Shown piece by piece: positions 42,501 through 48,866 of a stretch of DNA of 57,799 nucleotides (positions within the stretch are counted from its first letter, which is position 1; every line of letters begins with the position of its first letter). Position numbers and translations under genes: made by a program. The notes beneath the pieces are model-generated. The model made no database searches, had not been told where the DNA came from, and saw only the letters and a program-made list of their open reading frames with translations. Source of the DNA: an uncultured virus (IMG/VR IMGVR_UViG_3300033571_026375) (Duplodnaviria; Heunggongvirae; Uroviricota; Caudoviricetes); IMG/VR virus record IMGVR_UViG_3300033571_026375, positions 62,001-119,799 of that record, one strand, 5' to 3'.

Positions 42501-44658
42501 AAGCAAACTGGTTAGGCACCTCTGTTATGCCATAAGAACCCATAGCTACTGACTGATCACTTCTGGTAGTAGAACCTAAATTAGTAGCAATAGAATTATC
42601 GCCACTTGCCATATTGCGACTGCCGATAGTAGCAGAATTAAAGCCGGCTAATATATTATGTTGACCTATTGATATGCTATTTTCAGAACTGGTGAAATTG
42701 TTTTCTCCAACAGTGAGCGTATTAATAGAAGCACTATCAGTAACATTATCATCTAGTCCAACAATCAGATTCCTTTCATTACTAATTTCTATGTCGCCAT
42801 TAGATCTTTGTAAAATATTAGATGCTGTGATTTGACGAGAAGGTTCTCTGGGATCTGTAAACTTAGGTATAAAATTATTTTCGCCCTGAATGTGATCAAA
42901 GGTAACATTATTATAACTAAAAGACCCAGTGATATTTGCTGCATTACGATAAAATGATCCGTGCGCATTATCTAATAAGTCCGCATTTAAATTAGTTACT
43001 AATAAATTATTATTACCAACAGACAACGGAGGTCTAGTAGGAGTAGCATTGTCTCCCAGTATACGTAATTGTGATGCAACCTCTAAGTCTGCTAAGAATC
43101 TTTTAAAGCCATATATAGTTTGAGATGTATTTGTACTAATATATAGTTGATCTGCAATTTCTCTAAATAAAACTGTACTAGTATCTCCCTGTAGATTCTC
43201 TATTATATAAATAGATTGAGCATCTCCTCCATTAATATCGTCCTGATTTATATCATTAGCATCTATACTAGAACCCGATCCAAAAATATTAGTAATCAAT
43301 CTAAGTTGATTATCTGTAGGATAATATGCTAAGATACCTGTTTTATTAGTAAAAGATCCACCATAATTAAAAGTAAATCCTCTTGGCTCGGAGGGTAATA
43401 TATTAGGTCTGTTTGTACCTAACAGAGGAAGATTGTCATATAGGCTAACATCTCCAGCACTAGTAATTAAATTACCAATAATATTTAATGATCCTAATTT
43501 TGTGTCATCTGATTCAGCATTTAGCGGCCTATAGCCAAGAGAAGAAATAATATCTTGAGAATCAGCGAGATATACATCTTCTATCAGGCCTTTGGTATTG
43601 ATAACAAATTTGGTTCCTACTTGGGATTGACTGTGTAAATTGGGCAGTCTATCTAAATTTAATGTGCCAGATAAATTGTTAGCATTTTGATAAAAAGATC
43701 CATGCCTCCCATCTAATAAATCAGCATCCAGTCCGGATGATTCTCCGTCGTTACCGGCATGCCAAGGAGTATATCCCAACAATGCAATAATATCTTGAAT
43801 AGTTAATGATGATCCAGATATGACTCTTCCTTTATCATCTGTCGTAATTTTGGTATATGTTCCTGGAGATCCTACAGGAGTTAAAGATATAGAATTTTCT
43901 TCAACTAAAATATCTGAAGAAGGACCAATTTCCAAAACCACCGTGCCGTTTGGTACTGTGGTCAGTCCTCCGCCAATAAGACCAGAACCAGCTACAATAT
44001 TTATAGTGGATCCGCTAACTACAATATTTCCAGTATTCAAAGGAAAAGAACTAAAACTAGAACCATTGTAATAAATTAATCTATTAACAGAATACGAAGA
44101 ATTACTTGTGCCTCCCTTAGAAATTGGGAGCGTGCCGATCAATTGATTTATATTAACGCCAGTAGCTCTAACGACACTATCATCTACTACAATAGTAGAG
44201 TTGGAAATTCTTAGACCATCTCCGATTTTTACATCTAAAATAGAAGTATTATTGGGACCGATTGTGCGTTGTATTCCAGAACCGGCTATTATACCAGTTA
44301 TACTATTATTAGTAGCATTACTCAGATTAACTATATCATTAACGGTATACGGAGAGCTAACAAGTTTATTTCCATCATATGAGATCAAATAATTGGTATC
44401 AAAATTAGTATTATTGGTACCTCCACTAGTAATTGGCAATACATTAAAAATTAAACCATCTTTACCGGGTTCTCCTTTAGGTCCTTGTGGTCCAGTATCG
44501 CCGACTGGACCTTTTTCTATGGTGACCAAATTAATAGTATTAGTTCTTAAATCAGATACTAGAACTCTGGTTGTAGATATCTCTTGTGAATTAGATAAAT
44601 TAGATATTACAAGATATCTAGATGGTTGAAATTGCTCTTGAACGGATACTATACTCAT
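30586..44658 (-). CDS. Giant fibre/adhesin-like virion protein (4690 aa)
   Basis: Short collagen stretch, LPIxxGGT repeats, GTYTKITTDDKGRV, WHAGNDG..SGLDADLLDG, and YadA-head-like repeats (~42500-42730). Also cadherin-like (FDYE) and dystroglycan-cadherin/He_PIG-like (TFSDSD...LPRWLVFN...FSGTP) domains, then Ig-like repeats. Confidence 0.8.
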   Translation of the reverse strand: MSIVSVQEQFQPSRYLVISNLSNSQEISTTRVLVSDLRTNTINLVTIEKGPVGDTGPQGPKGEPGKDGLIFNVLPITSGGTNNTNFDTNYLISYDGNKLVSSPYTVNDIVNLSNATNNSITGIIAGSGIQRTIGPNNTSILDVKIGDGLRISNSTIVVDDSVVRATGVNINQLIGTLPISKGGTSNSSYSVNRLIYYNGSSFSSFPLNTGNIVVSGSTINIVAGSGLIGGGLTTVPNGTVVLEIGPSSDILVEENSISLTPVGSPGTYTKITTDDKGRVISGSSLTIQDIIALLGYTPWHAGNDGESSGLDADLLDGRHGSFYQNANNLSGTLNLDRLPNLHSQSQVGTKFVINTKGLIEDVYLADSQDIISSLGYRPLNAESDDTKLGSLNIIGNLITSAGDVSLYDNLPLLGTNRPNILPSEPRGFTFNYGGSFTNKTGILAYYPTDNQLRLITNIFGSGSSIDANDINQDDINGGDAQSIYIIENLQGDTSTVLFREIADQLYISTNTSQTIYGFKRFLADLEVASQLRILGDNATPTRPPLSVGNNNLLVTNLNADLLDNAHGSFYRNAANITGSFSYNNVTFDHIQGENNFIPKFTDPREPSRQITASNILQRSNGDIEISNERNLIVGLDDNVTDSASINTLTVGENNFTSSENSISIGQHNILAGFNSATIGSRNMASGDNSIATNLGSTTRSDQSVAMGSYGITEVPNQFAFGAFRTVGSGNQILEHGQYSTVAAYLRGTETDGNWRSMTPIINLPKDKTIAFNIELLINKGLSSGVGHFLFESGIINNATYRNPLNITEILNSTTVPNSGTKIQVFNNSQLRRHYHFWNYTNPVRPESPTRVGQYINCLDAPNRELDISIRHLPTYHMYTPTQVHISGIFEKTFDGNLILDVSKPRYSGIFTQSFTSPHISIYSKNHGVVQDSEVDIEFVSSSKYFLPKKRYKALLSGQDSFFVSSPEWRGVKQTLNNETKIYIQNTSEYNKLFAFDFIASISNNIITLPIGTVNNAGYRIDQIAKNNMNIKLVQPYSNIAYNRIIQSISGNKLFINYPLYSDSPNPQQFTGDIRVILDNYSFFVYKECDSLYINSEFQNIKDAKATNTAQFFPDARFSFVNDGGSGTVINPQDALLYSNQNNSIEIAVDDIDQNGIFDLDDVTNVATNNNPFIFSISIPYNITNISDGSVVSVRPVFNNNTGTLNLYHRNTYNCSYSSTYSDLNKHSGCYIRWKDDSNYHRISIFDSGNKPVNFISNPPSFELSNGYLSDNNKFFNIQQSGNRYYLYTNTSFDYETNNIIPIRVKASSHKDNIAPNFEKILYIYIQNQQENPLVAKPIGNFNIYANDIFEYNVPSDTFSDSDHGELKYSAEIKGGHSLPRWLVFNSQTISFSGTPDICDIGAYSIDLIATDEDGLSITDNFIIEVADNPVSTMEVFAYDVSNILRTENIYLTQNHLEENAPPATLVGELRHIGGYNPYITFLTAENNFSGILNKNSDIVTKCKPILQHYIPASISGSPEFLSIYSDVSLKDNLNNTLGSGYKVKNVYKPTIFSGTPINNGKIIFDNTNFDYSVSTLFTNQLLPMRNVNPSFGSRMRIGSFNDYSATLTNGLLQEKRGSDIELILTENNEVINHNMNELLISYYIEEEDRFNDICSENEVDKLIYTNYHEYKNISWSTKNMYSWLFTESEDSNLVPENNVLQNLQSENISNLESISYPPTYTNIELLTENYENINDEAYFSLTDNIVDYVWYSDDPIKIYRQFHNNIDRSFIDNKSPNYPLNPLQQLYYSNDTIGLLQSNIDYTRDNNQLNYAHDYWYFDKELNNAVLYVDKLGSDDNAHFITEQRIYAGAYIDSAPYEYGLLITEDGHGIISNTKTHHGSRIELSDRYEILESINIFNDNGKIFLDSSIDSLLCENNDLVVHDYAISAKSGTAYILFPGKNNQIKINYPNRASLSANRIGHGQQGYYEDQLSLLPTSLKFTEPNFFYTWGKLIPYRLYTDEYAIRLDSAYSGISQNGKICYSGNIPDSGHYFPEIFQTYNFTTYTGICPIPSLSGGFNGFGIRENYNDNGEYVTGLVTFYTDVTSSKISISAINDEFNLDERNTDYLRIYNPVTSAYNPQLPRIDTYFDIDILSDKAFSVENLFLYPSIYNIVHSGNISVNLDRNHNRKSYSPKIVNRIPIVFDTVYNSNQNRLPKNNFFDIESISGNKIYVKDDRSYLLKESIYPDYFNHAVRASYLTNGCSFLGSLFHNNNKIYDIRPNLNLFDQVYNNATFEFDKNKKELAINLPTGLVKVFDNIELFNFAALSPYMIFDTSKVYHTGFTVLQQNMSIRNTDPTPEQDFILMERSLTVLAPDNIERLTFNSDIFSNSVSGTCSISSKLANRLATGYLLNYTDNISNQSGHQVLSIQNGYQLSGVIPRNHNILSSTGILLDDRLGFSSVISTGSPILLSGVKTHKIVDSDDIGYTEFYRINASGFPVHHLLSSGIYGKGTVSLPYKIFIDTSGSSTNTRMVELLYLGHNPNTLNFYGVLSTSGSMGDFSITQIKLADQLHIDYLNKLGVVSGVTPVIDTGTLGYDSNINWSIPVDRYDIIQLRIDPNNMPSGNNACYLYAYMQDPADPLPLKLDHPSLVNTGIAYFPSYKEINKSLFYILPTINTTVKYCNLNQPYNKNNNIFYNGNIIQLTRLDSIKSFLNKNDHIKLQKINDVNIIGGSHINKINNSNETTHITGISIDGKIAIPPNQYMYASKALLEDTNRHVDVFSTGINTRTPISGYIDFVGYNSGSFNLIDYNNLIVQSHGGSTARWPQDTDGHLVPPIFTGIYSVVDNGTSSCTSGRLCVSISGYKNTPISDYMLFDKYYYFDFIDGMPSSSNLYKIKDKLSYQKISIDIPYDTSLINNSGLVYIIDSHFNIKPHLDPNLNNAFIRNVATLSNVNNIDLLEHTIHAFDDSTKKWNHIFHLPQTLPAFSSYPISVSIGSALQSGNIVNYPEIPKIGIRDVSVLKNRDFAIFNPVTNNMSTYTDTDALTVRVRISGGTPPLNSNISINTPKIFISGVAEYSFLYFDSLYGYTSSGWNIGINIYPFKNTGVFPIAIGVFDETGSDYRYLNLSITERPMIVPTYPTGYASVTSPYWKLYFDVKGIDLGVNNPNDQGLFVYGSPNDFSYDFVRHSSSELELIGYPAGGGFSTGIWNPIVIVNDFNSGQIIASGSGSLHILSSLNDRPPYTPHINNLNTNTYINLAKDENISFQVPVYETDQQHSSITTSVNGGVYFGTTRIFAGFDPGLNRFNIEYVPTNTGNTSYLSETAYAADRLVNFSVSQPIYTNGNPSWTTYTSENYLTNFTFFRPLLIDTTFTNTVPEFEIDKPWVYEFAIVEGVCKHRPNLPPRVTLFNTPNFGTITHRYLSYSLSYRYDNINKLWIVTAQGKPDIYGKYAPSTGIYTMNIFADDTYGSYSRSSFNIKYIPTNSIQYIFPNLYNTPNNEFFIQADIKEPNSGVYPNITFDGENTIDMNYANMYKKYNKDLNIWEVAGTGNKFVQKWDSRILIDKTSINPSITLQCKGIATDKITAVAKVNLLELQNTNRDIVIDQAKSIKISGIKNYTNPESGIIIKQGDEPWTLEFDTIFGLESPLHPPTIILQNTPTFCTGYDPRLDPKYSDVIDPNLQNPCLSSSSPSFNDNLKTWHFKFSGVPSCSLLGSLPFTITAIDTNLVLENPYIEPPDIVDTLFTYVPIDIPHPDPVVQDKEDPQEQLLLKPLCDTFYFRKLKFGPKAREQCPQPTGLTGIIISGSLPSGLSYTINYPSYLLDNPFNAPLYNNLQSGEVIIQGYPLSFAPNGAAYDETFGITVVDARNNSGSKVLTFNQTVSINDPNISIAVYFDSDKPVFTPSTGLQILPLQGTYRWKPEPIVDELECRSILPNNTCPTKIIPYSGQEEPDSLLFLLMNETNNFGIQSEDLVIGNEVYIRINQDVSNSNNGRYSLKKTTSSFPGSPVPSNLWYVNTKEAFQPRTGLVDIVVGNYKFENISDLNNLFNGDIQYNFGCLLGNGSIGNDGLNNKLGIKGYLSPGFSGYLPTNGAWKSNDVRLTGLRFINIDSSNTRTNIAYTNCWETGYLRISGVVLPRPYVEITDPPPAANNNFSWDGSSFALDTRLSFGNTQLERGIVENLRNGTANYLLTNMYTNQTELSGSQSISLTSPVAINLTSAILGNAARGTGTVFKLDIESPSNSTFPTFNVQARPGAIPSTYFWVHKATATPVTKPSQSSLPPIIPCIPEYISIVSGDIINNISPSIYGIDGSAYGGYIPHDICFPEPPTCSNNELYYTSGGSPWLAKNYLPIISGIILESINTKNNFKTTGSYNSSAQTVLISNINNVLLEGNLINITITKTEWNNEITVVDSFITELSSTNIVGNNVVFYNKIYTNIGQSALMIDIKFLNQIKDIDTINNLVTVYHNNLNLSINDNIAMSSVSGSTSLNAIDSPGVPYIAVIDNTGLIISTNLYNNFNIGNYVNIYKIIEDNIKIMPNNISSDQEGVYDFKISGRANILYGNYFYRIMTKENINMPIFSNISTNIVPKKYEKDIPMVVSKPLEILSASVTWPSASNSWTVTLEIDGGRLPALSETIDVRIDLDGTENYVRCGFRRFPINKDKDIFNPINNTTIITLSSIPNTVDWGNQSAFHIRVSDSTGTDTVLILKDT

Positions 44659-44665
44659 TTGATTA

Positions 44666-45118
44666 TTAATTGCCTAATGACGAACATTGTCCACAATCAT
44701 CTTGCGTATTAATATCACACTGAAATGCTTCAGTACCAGGAACATTTCTTGATATCAATCCAATAGAGCCTTGTAAAATTCTAAATACTTTTTTCCCTCC
44801 ACCAGAATATAAATCGTTCGGCTCTTGTAATTCTAGATCATATCTTGCACCACCGAAGGTATATTGAGCTGTTTGACTAGCTGGTATTCTTAAAATTAGT
44901 TTACCTAATAATGGATCTATATAAAACTCATATTGACTATTTCGTGTATCTGTCACAAAAGTACGTATAATGGGATTTTCTGGTTGATCTTCTATCCATC
45001 TGAGTCTTGCACACCAATTTGTCAAATTAATAGCAGTATTATTATCGTTCTTATATTCAAAAGCAATAACAAAAGCTGTTCCTTTTTCCATTGTAAAACT
45101 GTATTCAGCAGCTGCCAT
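44666..45118 (-). CDS. BppU-N-like/Ig-fold adaptor protein
   Basis: Pattern INLTNWCARL...LILRIPASQTAQY...YDLEL...VFRILQG, typical of small proteins that precede fibre genes. GGAG RBS. Confidence 0.55.
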   Translation of the reverse strand: MAAAEYSFTMEKGTAFVIAFEYKNDNNTAINLTNWCARLRWIEDQPENPIIRTFVTDTRNSQYEFYIDPLLGKLILRIPASQTAQYTFGGARYDLELQEPNDLYSGGGKKVFRILQGSIGLISRNVPGTEAFQCDINTQDDCGQCSSLGN

Positions 45119-45133
45119 GGTTGTCTCCTATGA

Positions 45134-45649
45134 TCAAGAATAGAAATATCGTGATCTATCAGTATAGGTTTGTAAATATCTGGGATCAAAATTATTTCCA
45201 ACGAATGGACTGAGAATAGCCTTAGCAGTGGTAGCTTGCCCAACATCCCAATGAGAAACTAGTTCATCGTATGCTGCACAAGGACCTTGTTCTAGTATAG
45301 TTTTCCATCCCGCTAAACTGCCCGCTATAGATAATTGAGCTGGACCGAGTGCTGCTCTTATACCCTCATTGGCAGCTTTGGTTCTAAAAGTACTTTGATC
45401 AACAATACAAGCAGCTTTCAAGCTGACTAAACTAATAAAAATTTCATCTCTATCAGAAGTAGGATCTGGACTAATGTTTGGATTGGTAACATCGACCAGA
45501 TATTGATGTTCAAGAACCACGTCAAATTGAACATATTTTGCTGCTACTGTTATAACTTGCAGTATCCTTTCGTCGCTATAAGTAGGTTGATCACTTAAAT
45601 CGTTGATTAGCGTGCGCACAATAATAGGTATTTCTGTTTGCCAAGACAT
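45134..45649 (-). CDS. Putative head-tail adaptor/connector
   Basis: First gene after the capsid gene. Helical pattern VRTLINDL...YSDERI. Confidence 0.6.
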   Translation of the reverse strand: MSWQTEIPIIVRTLINDLSDQPTYSDERILQVITVAAKYVQFDVVLEHQYLVDVTNPNISPDPTSDRDEIFISLVSLKAACIVDQSTFRTKAANEGIRAALGPAQLSIAGSLAGWKTILEQGPCAAYDELVSHWDVGQATTAKAILSPFVGNNFDPRYLQTYTDRSRYFYS

Positions 45650-45714
45650 AATAATAATTCCTATAAGAAAAAATGCTGCTTATATAGAAGATATACACCT
45701 TTTGCTAGGTATAT

Positions 45715-45750
45715 AAAAAAAGAAGGACCAGATAAACTGGTCCCTCTTTT
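45715..45750 (-). terminator. Intrinsic terminator after the major capsid gene
   Basis: Minus-strand AGAGGGACCAG-UUUAU-CUGGUCCUUCU followed by a U-tract. Confidence 0.85.
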
Positions 45751-45778
45751 ATTTTAGCTATATCAAAGTCAAGAACTA

Positions 45779-46792
45779 TTATAGAGAGCCTAAAATCACT
45801 CTGCGGTTGTCTAGAACAGCAAAGCCCTGTTCTGCCCAGCCGTAAAAACCAGCTCTCTTTTGACGATGAAGAGTATCATCTTCAAAAATCTGAACTTCTT
45901 CACGGATTGGCATAATGAAACTATCTCTCTTGCGTAGATCAAGACCAACAACAAGCTCATTGTCGCCACCCGGTAAAGTAGCTGAGAGTGTGTTATTGAA
46001 GAATAACTGGTATTCTTGACCTTCGCCAAGTTCATCTAGATCATGAAGATTAACGCCGAAAACGCGATTTACTGTGCCATCGGCAGCTGTGTAAATCTCT
46101 CTGCGTGTTACTTCATCAACCTGATCGAGACCCCAATTACGGATATCTTCCATTGCCTCGGGAGAAATATAAAGATCTGTTAATAGACCTCTATTGTTAC
46201 TAGCTGAGTTACCGCCTCCGTTACGACGCATAACTGTTTTCATAAGAGAAACCAATCTCTTTGTAAACTGACCACTAGCGGCATCGCTATCATAAACAAC
46301 GATATTACGATCAACGCCAGCGGCTAGAAGAGTATGCCAGCCATCATCGTTCATCTTTTTAACAAATGAAGCTTCTAGAACTTCCATTGCGCGACCAACA
46401 ACGTCCCAACGGGCGTCTCTAGCGTATTTTAGGAGATAGTCGATACTAGCACCAATATCAAATGTTGGTACCATAACGTAATCGCCTTCTACATGTCGCT
46501 CTGGGATATAACCGTGGTTGGGTACAGTATAGGCGACAAAGTCCTTTTCTGTACCAGGAGCCAAGAAATCTAATGGAAATTCTGGAGTAGCGCTTTGAGC
46601 TAAACGAATAGGTTCAAAGATACCGTCTAGAATATTGCCGCTAAGTACGGCCTGACGAAGAGGCTGCTCTAGAGCTTTGGCAAATTCTGCGTTGGCAGCT
46701 AAAGAAGTTTCTCTGTGTTGTGAACCAGACTTGATCAAAAGATCTGTAAGTTCTGGTGTTGCTTGAAAAGGTTTACTATTTACTGCTGACAT
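45779..46792 (-). CDS. Major capsid protein (HK97 fold expected)
   Basis: 337 aa. Follows the protease/scaffold and decoration genes, has a strong GGAG RBS and a downstream terminator. The C-terminal GFYGWAEQGFAVLD pattern is typical of HK97-type capsids. Confidence 0.85.
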   Translation of the reverse strand: MSAVNSKPFQATPELTDLLIKSGSQHRETSLAANAEFAKALEQPLRQAVLSGNILDGIFEPIRLAQSATPEFPLDFLAPGTEKDFVAYTVPNHGYIPERHVEGDYVMVPTFDIGASIDYLLKYARDARWDVVGRAMEVLEASFVKKMNDDGWHTLLAAGVDRNIVVYDSDAASGQFTKRLVSLMKTVMRRNGGGNSASNNRGLLTDLYISPEAMEDIRNWGLDQVDEVTRREIYTAADGTVNRVFGVNLHDLDELGEGQEYQLFFNNTLSATLPGGDNELVVGLDLRKRDSFIMPIREEVQIFEDDTLHRQKRAGFYGWAEQGFAVLDNRRVILGSL

Positions 46793-46813
46793 GTTTATTT
46801 TCTCCGTTTGTTA

Positions 46814-47296
46814 TTAGGCAATGTTGACTGCTACTTTTGCGTAACCATCTGCATCTTTTGCACTCAAGAAACGACCAACGCGATAAGCTTCATCTTCTGT
46901 GCCAGCATCACTGGGTGGTGTGGCAGAGAAGTTTCCGCTGGCACCAACATAAGCGGTAGCGCCAGCAGTTGGAGAGCCTACTACTCTATTTGTAGTAATT
47001 TGACCAACTTGTAGCAAAGTAACTTTGCCACCACCTTGCACTTCATCTTTGTGCCAATTGATGTGTTGTCTAGTCAAATCAATATTCACTACGTCATTTA
47101 AGAGTACACCTACTGGTTTGCAGCCACTAGCAGTGGTAGCATATGCTACTACAGCCGAGCTATCATCCATAGCTACTCCCGAACCACCGGTGCTGATAGA
47201 AGCAACACCACCACGTTCTATAGTAGAAGTAGTAGAATTGTTCATGAAGTAAGAGATATCTGTTTGAAGTTCAATACGATCTGGTTTAAGAGCCAT
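46814..47296 (-). CDS. Putative capsid decoration/cement protein
   Basis: 160 aa, Gly/Ala/Val-rich, between the scaffold and capsid genes. GGGAG RBS. Confidence 0.65.
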   Translation of the reverse strand: MALKPDRIELQTDISYFMNNSTTSTIERGGVASISTGGSGVAMDDSSAVVAYATTASGCKPVGVLLNDVVNIDLTRQHINWHKDEVQGGGKVTLLQVGQITTNRVVGSPTAGATAYVGASGNFSATPPSDAGTEDEAYRVGRFLSAKDADGYAKVAVNIA

Positions 47297-47309
47297 GTTT
47301 TATTCTCCC

Positions 47310-48032
47310 TTATTTTGAGTTTTTACTTAATCTAGCACTAACAAATTCTACAAGTTCAGAACGAATAGCTTCTACTGGTGATTCTGTGGAATCACTACCA
47401 ACACTAAGTTCAATAGCTTCTTCTGTTTCTACTGTTTCAAGAGCAGCAACAGCTTCTTCTGCAGCCATTTTCTTAGAAGGTTTCATCATCATGGCCTCTT
47501 CTTCTTTTTTCATTGAAGGCTTAACAGCGGCCAGAATTGTAGTCATAGCTTCGAACGACTCATCGTCAATACTATCAAATTTATCGACGGTGGAAGTTGC
47601 GGTATCATTGTCTAAACCAGCAGAAAGTAATGCTGCCATTCTTTTCATTTTCTTTTCTTTCTTGAGCATTTCTTCTTCTTTAGACTTATAGCCCGCTAAA
47701 GTTTCGACTAAGGCTTCTAATTCTGCCTTGGTTTTCTTGGATTCTTCTTCCATAGAATCTTTTTCTGCTTGCCATTTTTTCATAGCTGCTTCGAGCTGTT
47801 CGTCAAAAGATGCTTTCATTTTTTCTGTTTCTTCTTCTTGTAGTTTCTTGGCGGCTTGAAGTGAAGCAAGTTCTTCTTCTTTGGCCTGAAGTGTACTAGA
47901 AAGATTCTGATTAGAATCCTTAAGTTCCGAAGCAATACTGTATGCTTCTTTAACAGTTTCGGCGCAAGCAGATGATACTGTATCGATTTTAGCGCCTAGT
48001 TCTGCGACTTGCTTTTCTAAAATTTCGCTCAT
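47310..48032 (-). CDS. Nested in-frame scaffold protein (internal start at M277)
   Basis: GGAGA at 48041-48045 lies 8 nt before the in-frame ATG (MSEILEK), where the coiled-coil composition begins. Confidence 0.6.
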   Translation of the reverse strand: MSEILEKQVAELGAKIDTVSSACAETVKEAYSIASELKDSNQNLSSTLQAKEEELASLQAAKKLQEEETEKMKASFDEQLEAAMKKWQAEKDSMEEESKKTKAELEALVETLAGYKSKEEEMLKKEKKMKRMAALLSAGLDNDTATSTVDKFDSIDDESFEAMTTILAAVKPSMKKEEEAMMMKPSKKMAAEEAVAALETVETEEAIELSVGSDSTESPVEAIRSELVEFVSARLSKNSK

Positions 48033-48860
48033 AATTATATTCTCCACGGTTGAAGTAGACTGATTTAATATTACACCTGATTTTGATAAATCATCATTTT
48101 TTTTATCGAATAAACTAGAAATATTTTCTTTTGTAAAAATTATACTATCTGGATTAGCGGGTTTGTCCACAAATCCCTTACCACTAAAAGTAATATTTCT
48201 AAGTACACGACCAATCTTATAGATCTCATGCTCACCGGCTCCGCCATATGATCTTAAATATTTAGTTAAATATGCAGTACTATTATTTCGCTGCAATATT
48301 TTATATTCTCCAGTGTTCTTATGAATTAAGCCGTAATCGAATCCATCAAAATAACATTCCATGCTAACATATTTGGTACCATTTTCTATCTCTGTGATGA
48401 GGTTTTCAGCACGTTCTTTGAGAGTAGGATCTGTAAAAGCTCGATATATTACAGAGCCGGTTAGAATATGAAATTTATCTGGAATACTATTAATATCTAT
48501 GTTTTCATCTATACGACTACCATTCTCATCAATCGGCCAATTAGCTGTAATGTGACCTATAATAAGATTTTCATCGTGTTCAAGATTTGTCGGCTTATCT
48601 TCTGGTGTGTGCCTAGCTTTCCATACTTCAAGTTTATCAAAAATATCATCATTTTTATTCCATGATGAACTAACTAATATAGATTGTACATAATACAAGT
48701 CTGCATCATCTAAAGAAGCTAAACTAATAAATTGATCTTTAATACGAGTAGACGGGTCGTTATTTATCAGAGGGCATGCTATGGAAGCATATGCTATAGT
48801 AGAGGATGATAAAATTTGATTATTTAATCCATCATTAATTTCTTGGTCATATATAATCAT
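47310..48860 (-). CDS. Prohead protease-scaffold fusion
   Basis: N-terminal motifs KPTNLEH, IIGH, VSMEC and FSGKGFVDKPA, with a C-terminal E/K/A coiled coil. Located between portal and capsid genes. Confidence 0.75.
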   Translation of the reverse strand: MIIYDQEINDGLNNQILSSSTIAYASIACPLINNDPSTRIKDQFISLASLDDADLYYVQSILVSSSWNKNDDIFDKLEVWKARHTPEDKPTNLEHDENLIIGHITANWPIDENGSRIDENIDINSIPDKFHILTGSVIYRAFTDPTLKERAENLITEIENGTKYVSMECYFDGFDYGLIHKNTGEYKILQRNNSTAYLTKYLRSYGGAGEHEIYKIGRVLRNITFSGKGFVDKPANPDSIIFTKENISSLFDKKNDDLSKSGVILNQSTSTVENIIMSEILEKQVAELGAKIDTVSSACAETVKEAYSIASELKDSNQNLSSTLQAKEEELASLQAAKKLQEEETEKMKASFDEQLEAAMKKWQAEKDSMEEESKKTKAELEALVETLAGYKSKEEEMLKKEKKMKRMAALLSAGLDNDTATSTVDKFDSIDDESFEAMTTILAAVKPSMKKEEEAMMMKPSKKMAAEEAVAALETVETEEAIELSVGSDSTESPVEAIRSELVEFVSARLSKNSK

Positions 48861-48866
48861 ATAATA

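Noticed and set aside
3423..46035. Short alternative-frame minus-strand ORFs inside large genes (e.g. 3423..3614, 10569..10757, 45022..45246, 45811..46035)
   Set aside because: They have no RBS or motifs and are expected by chance in this codon context.
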